From positions 9,558 through 73,557 of the forward strand of contig DYEO01000037.1 of assembly GCA_020725665.1 (NCBI GenBank): a DNA stretch of 64,000 nt, given 5' to 3'. Position 1 is the stretch's first letter, and each line of letters starts with the position of its first letter. Below the pieces are notes generated by a model. It was given only the letters and a program-made list of their open reading frames with translations, had not been told where the DNA came from and made no database searches. Source of the stretch: Dethiobacter sp. (GTDB taxonomy: Bacteria; Bacillota; Dethiobacteria; DTU022; UBA8154). Positions 57,979-64,000 of the stretch are shown one piece after another. Both the position numbers and the translations under genes were made by a program.

Positions 57979-58006
57979 TAAAAAAGATAAAGTCCCCGTG
58001 TTACTG

Positions 58007-58052
58007 AAAACCCTTAAAACCTTAATTGAGCGAGGAGATAAGGGTTTTTTTA
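58007..58052. terminator. Probable bidirectional terminator between convergent genes
   Basis: AAAACCCTTA...TAAGGGTTTT inverted repeat. Confidence 0.5.
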
Positions 58053-58057
58053 TATGG

Positions 58058-58900
58058 TTAGCGGGGCGCTGCGAGGCGGCGGGCTGTGACATTGACCTGA
58101 AATATCTGCAGTCCGGTCATGCTTTCCAGTTTATTTTTAACCTCAAACTGGAGATTTTTAAGCAGTTGCGGGAAAAAGTGGTTGCCGCTCCCGAAATCCA
58201 GCGTAACTTCAATACTGATAATCATGCCCTTGCGACCGTAGGTAACGTTAACCCTGTTGCAATGGGTGATCCCCTCCATCCGTTCCGTTTCATAAATGGT
58301 TATCTGCTCGAGCACGTGTTCAGAAATATAATAATTGCCGAGAGTGCTGTAGAGGGGTCGGACGATGGAGTGTTCGGACTGGTGCATGTCGTACATATCG
58401 GAAGTATGGCTTTTGCCCCCGCGGAAAAAAGAGCGGATCGAGTCAATCACATAGCCGGGAAAATCCCGCTCCAGGGCAAAGGTGGGGATAGGGATAACGT
58501 GACGATTCTCCTTTTCCCGGATCTCCACGGCCCTGGCTATGGAAGCGGGCGTTGATATCTCCTCGATGTGAATAATTCTCTGTGCGGGGGGTAATTCCAA
58601 GCGGCTGATAATTTTAGCAATCATGCGCCCGGAGGTCCCCAGGACGAGAATGCTTTGGGGCTGAACCTCTTTTATTTTTTCCCGCACCTGCGCTGCGTGT
58701 TCCGGATCCAGAAAAATGGCCCTTTTTGTGGCAGCCATCTTCGTATTTTCCCGTTTGGCGGAGCGGCCGGCCAGGATTTGATTGCCGCCGATAAAGAGAC
58801 CATCATCAATAATATATTCGATTCCCTCCTGGTAGGCAACCAGGGCCGAATGGTGGCTTTTTCCCGTCCCGCTGGGCCCGATCAGGGCATATATTATCAC
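58058..58900 (-). CDS. P-loop NTPase fused to Asp23/Gls24 domain
   Basis: GPSGTGKS, IIDDGL, HVIP, C-terminal MTGL..VNV; GTG start after GGAGG. Confidence 0.85.
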   Translation of the reverse strand: MIIYALIGPSGTGKSHHSALVAYQEGIEYIIDDGLFIGGNQILAGRSAKRENTKMAATKRAIFLDPEHAAQVREKIKEVQPQSILVLGTSGRMIAKIISRLELPPAQRIIHIEEISTPASIARAVEIREKENRHVIPIPTFALERDFPGYVIDSIRSFFRGGKSHTSDMYDMHQSEHSIVRPLYSTLGNYYISEHVLEQITIYETERMEGITHCNRVNVTYGRKGMIISIEVTLDFGSGNHFFPQLLKNLQFEVKNKLESMTGLQIFQVNVTARRLAAPR

Positions 58901-59027
58901 CGCTTCTCCCCCTCCACTATTCCATGCCGAGTATATCACAACATTTGGTATATGTCGACAGAGCAGACCGGAAGAATGCTGCACGGGCCATCTTGGCATA
59001 TTCCCGGTTTCTTGCAGGGAAAGGGGT

Positions 59028-59071
59028 AAAGGGGAAACAAAGGGGAAACAAAGGGGAAACAAAGGGGAAGC
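59028..59071 (+). repeat. 11-bp tandem repeat (AAAGGGGAAAC)x4
   Basis: Read directly, in the divergent promoter region; last copy has one mismatch. Confidence 0.9.
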
Positions 59072-59158
59072 AAAGATATTGAAAAAGCGGTAAAGGATTG
59101 ATATACTGTAAAAGGTTTTAGTACTTAGCCGCATTTATGCCGACGGGAGGTTAGGAAG

Positions 59159-60700
59159 GTGGATGAAAAAATAAATTTTTTAAAACAGAGGCGGGAGATC
59201 ATCCGCAAGGGCGGCGGAGAGAGCAGGATCTCTGAGCAACACGACAAGGGCAAACAGACGGCCCGGGAGCGGTTGGCGCAATTGTTGGATGAGGGCAGTT
59301 TTGTGGAGGTGGGAACTTTTGTACAGGGTAACCTGCAGGATGCCAGCACCCTGGAGATCCCCCTTCCCGGCGAGGGAGTGGTCACCGGATACGGGACCAT
59401 TGACGGCCGCCTCGTCTATGTGTTTGCCCAGGATTTTACCGTATCAGGCGGTTCCCTTGGTGAATACCATGCGGCAAAGATCTGCCGTGTCATGGATCTG
59501 GCGGCTCGCAATGGTGCTCCTTTTATCGGCATCAACGATTCGGGTGGAGCGCGTATTCAGGAGGGAGTCATGTCCCTGGATGGTTATGGCAATATTTTCT
59601 ATCGCAATACGATAAATTCAGGGGTAATTCCCCAGATCTCCGTGATTATGGGGCCAAGCGCCGGTGGAGCTGTCTATTCACCCGCACTCACTGATTTTGT
59701 TTTTATGGTGGACAATACCAGCTACATGTTTATTACCGGTCCCCAGGTTATCAAGGCGGTAACGGGAGAAGATGTGTCTCCTGAAAAACTCGGTGGTGCG
59801 GCCACACACAATGAAACCAGCGGTGTCGCCCATTTCAGGGCCAAGGATGAGCAGGAGTGTTTTGCCAAGCTGCGTAAGCTGCTCAGCTATCTTCCTTCCA
59901 ATAATCTCAACGACCCTCCCGTCGCTGACCCGGTAGAACCCTCCCTGCCCGCGGAAGAATTGTCCAGGTTGGTGCCTGCTGACGCGAATAAGCCTTATGA
60001 TGTGGTGGAGGTAATCGCCCGCATCGTAGACGGCGGTGAAATTTTTCAGGTTCATGAACACTATGCCAAAAACGCAGTGGTCGGTTTCGCCCGCCTGGGT
60101 GGACGGTCGGTGGGTATTATTGCCAACCAGGCGAAGTTCCTGGCCGGCTGCCTGGATATCAACAGTTCCGATAAGATTGCACGTTTTGTCCGTTTCTGTG
60201 ACTGCTTCAACATTCCCCTGATAACCTTCGTGGATGTACCCGGTTACCTGCCGGGTGTGCACCAGGAATACGGGGGCATCATCCGCCACGGCGCCAAGAT
60301 TCTCTATGCTTACTCGGAGGCTACCGTGCCCCAGATCAGTGTGATCCTGCGCAAGGCTTACGGCGGTGCTTATATCGCCATGAACGCCCGCTCCCTGGGG
60401 GCGGATTTCGCTTTCGCTTGGCCGACGGCGGAGATCGCGGTGATGGGGCCGGAGGGCGCAACCAACATTATTTACCGCCGGGAGATCGAGCAGTCGGATA
60501 ACCCGAATGAGGTCAGGGCACAAAAGGTCAGCGAATACCGTGAGCGCTACGCCAACCCCTACATCGCCGCCGCCCGCGGCTGGATCGATGATGTGATCGA
60601 ACCGGCGGAGACGCGCCGGTACCTGCTTGCCGCCCTGGCATCGCTCAAGGACAAGTATGAGGAGCGTCCCCGTAAAAAACACGGTAATTTCCCTGTTTAA
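59159..60700 (+). CDS. Methylmalonyl-CoA decarboxylase alpha / propionyl-CoA carboxylase beta carboxyltransferase
   Basis: QDFTVSGGSLG, DSGGARIQEG, RKAYGGAY, KKHGNFP. Confidence 0.92.
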   Translation: MDEKINFLKQRREIIRKGGGESRISEQHDKGKQTARERLAQLLDEGSFVEVGTFVQGNLQDASTLEIPLPGEGVVTGYGTIDGRLVYVFAQDFTVSGGSLGEYHAAKICRVMDLAARNGAPFIGINDSGGARIQEGVMSLDGYGNIFYRNTINSGVIPQISVIMGPSAGGAVYSPALTDFVFMVDNTSYMFITGPQVIKAVTGEDVSPEKLGGAATHNETSGVAHFRAKDEQECFAKLRKLLSYLPSNNLNDPPVADPVEPSLPAEELSRLVPADANKPYDVVEVIARIVDGGEIFQVHEHYAKNAVVGFARLGGRSVGIIANQAKFLAGCLDINSSDKIARFVRFCDCFNIPLITFVDVPGYLPGVHQEYGGIIRHGAKILYAYSEATVPQISVILRKAYGGAYIAMNARSLGADFAFAWPTAEIAVMGPEGATNIIYRREIEQSDNPNEVRAQKVSEYRERYANPYIAAARGWIDDVIEPAETRRYLLAALASLKDKYEERPRKKHGNFPV

Positions 60701-60784
60701 ACGGAAAATTTTCATGGTAATGCACGCCTTTGTTGACTTTATATCCGGCCGATGATAAGATGGGGAAACAAAGAAAATAACAAA

Positions 60785-61107
60785 ACCAATTGATGGGGAG
60801 AGTACGTGGCAGAGAGCGGGTAAAGCGAGCCGGGGACGGTGTAAGCCCGGCCCAGCGCTGTCCGGAAACGGGCCCCGGAGGTGAAAGCTGAAACGGGAAC
60901 ACTGCTGCCGTGTGCTGTTTTTTTCAGAACGCGGTTCGGAAGTTCTTGCAGTGTGTAAGCTTATCCGGTTAACCTCCGCTAGAGGGTTGCTGCCGTTAGG
61001 ATCAGGTCCGGCGGCAGTTTGAGGTGGGCCTTTGTTGCCAAGGGTCAAAAAAGGTGGTACCGCGAGAAAAGCCTCTCGTCCTTTTAGGAGGGGAGGCTTT
61101 GTTATTT
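60785..61107 (+). ncRNA. T-box riboswitch leader of argCJB (specifier CGG) with antiterminator and terminator
   Basis: GA...AGTA, AGCGAG/GGTGTAAG distal motifs, GAAA-CGG-G-CCCC, AAGGTGGTACCGCG at 61051-61064, AAAGCCTC...GAGGCTTT terminator. Confidence 0.9.
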
Positions 61108-61123
61108 AAGGAGGTGAATTTGT

Positions 61124-62161
61124 GTGAGAGTTGGTATTGTTGGTGTGACCGGCTATACCGGAAGTGAATTGCTGCGCATAATTCATACCCACGGTCGGGT
61201 GGAGCTTACTTATGTTACATCCCATTCCTTTACCGGGAAAAAACTCGCGGAAGTCCACCCCCAGTACAGCGGACTGGTTAATTTGACATGCCGACCTTTT
61301 TCTGTTGCAGAAGCTGTAGAGAAGACGGACCTGGTTTTTTGCGCCCTGCCCCACGGTGAAGCCATGGAAGTGGTTCCCCTGCTCAGTGACGCCGGGGTCA
61401 GGGTGGTGGACTTAAGCGCTGATTTTCGTCTGCTTGACGAGATGCTTTACCGGGAATGGTATCAAAAAGAACACAGTTCCCCCGCTTACCTGGCCAGAGC
61501 TGTTTATGGACTGCCGGAGCTGTACCGGGAAGAAATAAAGCAGGCTTGCCTGGTGGCCAATCCGGGGTGCTACCCCACTTCCGTTATACTGGCCCTGGCT
61601 CCACTGGCCAGCAAAAGGCTGGTCCGTTGGGAGACGCTGGTGGTGGATGCAAAATCGGGCACTTCGGGGGCGGGTCGCAACCCTTCGCAACTTTTACACT
61701 TTCCCGAATGCGCGGAGAACTTTCGTGCTTACCGCGTTGCTGCTCACCAGCATACGCCGGAGATGGAACAGGAACTGGGCCGGCTGGCGGGAGAGAATAT
61801 ATCCATTACTTTTGTGCCACACCTCGTGCCCATGATCCGGGGCATTTTAAGCACCCTTTACCTCAAGTTGACCGTTGATCTGGAGGAAGATGAGTTATGG
61901 ACACTGTATAAAGATTTTTACAACGGGGAGAGGTTTGTCCGGTTGCTTCCGCCTCCCCTTCTTGTGGAGACAAAGTATGTTTATGGCAGCAACTATTGTG
62001 CCCTTTCCCTGAAAAAGGACAGGCGCACGGGAAGGGTGATTATCCTCTCTGCTCTCGATAATCTCGTTAAAGGAGCAGCGGGCCAGGCGGTGCAGAATAT
62101 GAACCTGATGCTTGGCTTTACCGAGGAAAAAGGACTGGAGATGCTGCCCTTAAGGCCGTAA
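61124..62161 (+). CDS. argC: N-acetyl-gamma-glutamyl-phosphate reductase
   Basis: GVTGYTG, ANPGCYPT, DNLVKGAAGQAVQN. Confidence 0.97.
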   Translation: MRVGIVGVTGYTGSELLRIIHTHGRVELTYVTSHSFTGKKLAEVHPQYSGLVNLTCRPFSVAEAVEKTDLVFCALPHGEAMEVVPLLSDAGVRVVDLSADFRLLDEMLYREWYQKEHSSPAYLARAVYGLPELYREEIKQACLVANPGCYPTSVILALAPLASKRLVRWETLVVDAKSGTSGAGRNPSQLLHFPECAENFRAYRVAAHQHTPEMEQELGRLAGENISITFVPHLVPMIRGILSTLYLKLTVDLEEDELWTLYKDFYNGERFVRLLPPPLLVETKYVYGSNYCALSLKKDRRTGRVIILSALDNLVKGAAGQAVQNMNLMLGFTEEKGLEMLPLRP

Positions 62162-62162
62162 T

Positions 62163-62345
62163 ACTCAGGAGACAGCAGACAGGAGTCAGGAGTCAGAATG
62201 GGAGAACCGGTGAAATTATTTGAAGACTTGCAGGCATAAACTGTGTTGTATCACCCGTGTAGGGGCGTGTCTTAAGTGCATGCCCGAGATTGCTGGAAGC
62301 ATATTTTTATGGCATTCTGAATTCTGACTACTGAATTCTGACTAC
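62163..62345 (+). mobile_element. Internally deleted four-helix-bundle element bounded by inverted heptamer arrays, with a GTAG-REP hairpin inside
   Basis: CAGGAGT/CAGAAT left arm, MGEPVKLFEDL start, RLLEAYFYGILNSDY* end, ATTCTGA right arm. Confidence 0.6.
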
Positions 62346-62360
62346 CTTTGAATTGGGGGG

Positions 62361-63584
62361 TTGAAGAAATTGGTTTATCAAATGGAGAATTTATCAGGCG
62401 GTATAACCGCTGTTAATGGGATCGATGCGGCCGGTGTGCATTGCGGCTTAAAAAATAACGGTGACAAAGACCTTGCTCTGATCTACAGCCGGGAACCTGC
62501 CGTCGCGGCCGGTGTGTTTACCACCAACAGGTTCAAGGCGCCGCCATTGCTGGTAACGGAGCAACACCTGGCGGGGACAGTACGGGCGATTGTGATTAAC
62601 AGCGGTATCGCCAATTCCTGCACGGGGGAGCAGGGAATGGCTGATGCCCGGACTATGGCTCTGCTTACAGCCCAAAAACTTGGCCTGCAGGAGGAAGAAG
62701 TGCTGGTAGCCTCGACAGGAGTTATTGGCGTCTATCTACCCATGCAAAAAATTACCGCCGGGGTGGAACAGGCTGCTTCCCTGCTCTCTGCAGCAGGGGG
62801 CAGCGATGCGGCGCGGGCGATTATGACCACGGATAAAGTGGCAAAGGAGAGTGCCGCCCGCTTTACGCTTGAGGGGGATGCCCGCTCCTTTGTAATTGCC
62901 GGCATGGCCAAGGGCTCGGGCATGATCTGCCCGGATATGGCCACAATGCTGGCTTTTCTGGCAACCGACATCAATGTGGAACGGGAACTTTTGCAGGAGG
63001 CATTGCAGGAGGCCGTGGCCCATTCCTTTAATCTTATCAGCGTGGACGGAGATACATCCACCAACGACATGGTGTTGCTCCTGGCACAAGGCGGATCAAC
63101 GCCGCAACTGGAGAAAGACTCTCCCCTCTGGCCGGCCTTTAAAAATGCCCTGCTGCATATCTGCCGGGACCTGGCGTACAAGGTTGTAGCTGACGGCGAG
63201 GGTGTTACCAAGGTTATTAAGCTCACTGTCAGGGGTGCGGTGGATTACGCGATGGGGCGCAGGCTGGCCCGCTCCGTGCTAAATTCCACCCTGGTTAAAA
63301 CTGCTTTTTTCGGCGAAGATGCCAACTGGGGACGTATCATTACCGCCATGGGTTATGCCGGCGTGGACTTTATTCCCGAAAGGGTGGATGTCTATTTAGG
63401 GAATGTGCAGGTTATGGCCGCAGGGAAAGGCCTTGTTTTTAATGAGACAGCGGCCAGGGAGGTACTCATGCAGCAAGAGATACCCGTACTTATTGATTTG
63501 AAACTTGGGACGGAGGAGGTAACCGGCTGGGGAAGCGACCTCAGTTATGAATATGTTACCATCAACAGCGCCTACCGGAGCTAA
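62361..63584 (+). CDS. argJ: Bifunctional ornithine acetyltransferase
   Basis: [40 protein letters not shown]; start approximate. Confidence 0.96.
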   Translation: MKKLVYQMENLSGGITAVNGIDAAGVHCGLKNNGDKDLALIYSREPAVAAGVFTTNRFKAPPLLVTEQHLAGTVRAIVINSGIANSCTGEQGMADARTMALLTAQKLGLQEEEVLVASTGVIGVYLPMQKITAGVEQAASLLSAAGGSDAARAIMTTDKVAKESAARFTLEGDARSFVIAGMAKGSGMICPDMATMLAFLATDINVERELLQEALQEAVAHSFNLISVDGDTSTNDMVLLLAQGGSTPQLEKDSPLWPAFKNALLHICRDLAYKVVADGEGVTKVIKLTVRGAVDYAMGRRLARSVLNSTLVKTAFFGEDANWGRIITAMGYAGVDFIPERVDVYLGNVQVMAAGKGLVFNETAAREVLMQQEIPVLIDLKLGTEEVTGWGSDLSYEYVTINSAYRS

Positions 63585-63590
63585 GCATGA

Positions 63591-64000
<410 letters not shown>

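Noticed and set aside
57950-58555. 201-aa ORF on the plus strand
   Set aside because: Only the first ~10 codons are meaningful (element remnant); the rest crosses a terminator and is antisense to the Asp23 gene
59020-59075. Possible CRISPR array (also considered 42254, 6754 and 37211)
   Set aside because: Tandem repeats lack multiple unique spacers and no cas genes are present
59678-61048. 456-aa ORF on the minus strand
   Set aside because: Antisense to the carboxyltransferase and the T-box; shadow ORF

Overview
Bacterial chromosomal window from an anaerobic Bacillota (Clostridia/Dethiobacteria-like, judged from gene content, sigma-A promoters and a T-box). The left half (1-34.4 kb, 3' of a tRNA-Arg(CCG) gene) is accessory and holds three modules. 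(i) A ~23 kb co-oriented catabolic locus: NRAMP-like and Ca/Na exchangers, two tandem UbiD (de)carboxylases, a DUF4392 D-glutamate-cyclase-like protein, an SdhA/TfrA-like flavoprotein with a remodelled active site plus a 2Fe-2S-only partner, a maleate isomerase-like protein, a Liv-type ABC importer, a 5-gene proline/opine-oxidase-like complex, a xanthine-dehydrogenase-type Mo enzyme, an opine dehydrogenase and an XRE-cupin regulator. Its two promoters are near-identical and share an AATTWAG-N5-CTWAATT palindrome. This is the best candidate for an undescribed pathway. (ii) A BlaI/M56/DUF2318/ABC module with two operators and a frameshifted DUF2318 gene. (iii) An iorAB-TetR-DUF35-thiolase module. 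The right half is mostly core: GT4, YmfF/H, DegV, class III aminotransferase, proS, a NuoEF-linked selenocysteine formate dehydrogenase with a hidden 59-aa Cys-rich ORF, a decayed IS-containing insert, fdhD, a radical SAM protein, a carboxyltransferase, and a T-box-led argCJB operon. REP-like hairpins, heptamer repeats and four-helix-bundle gene remnants are scattered. All calls come from motif recognition by eye; no database searches were run.
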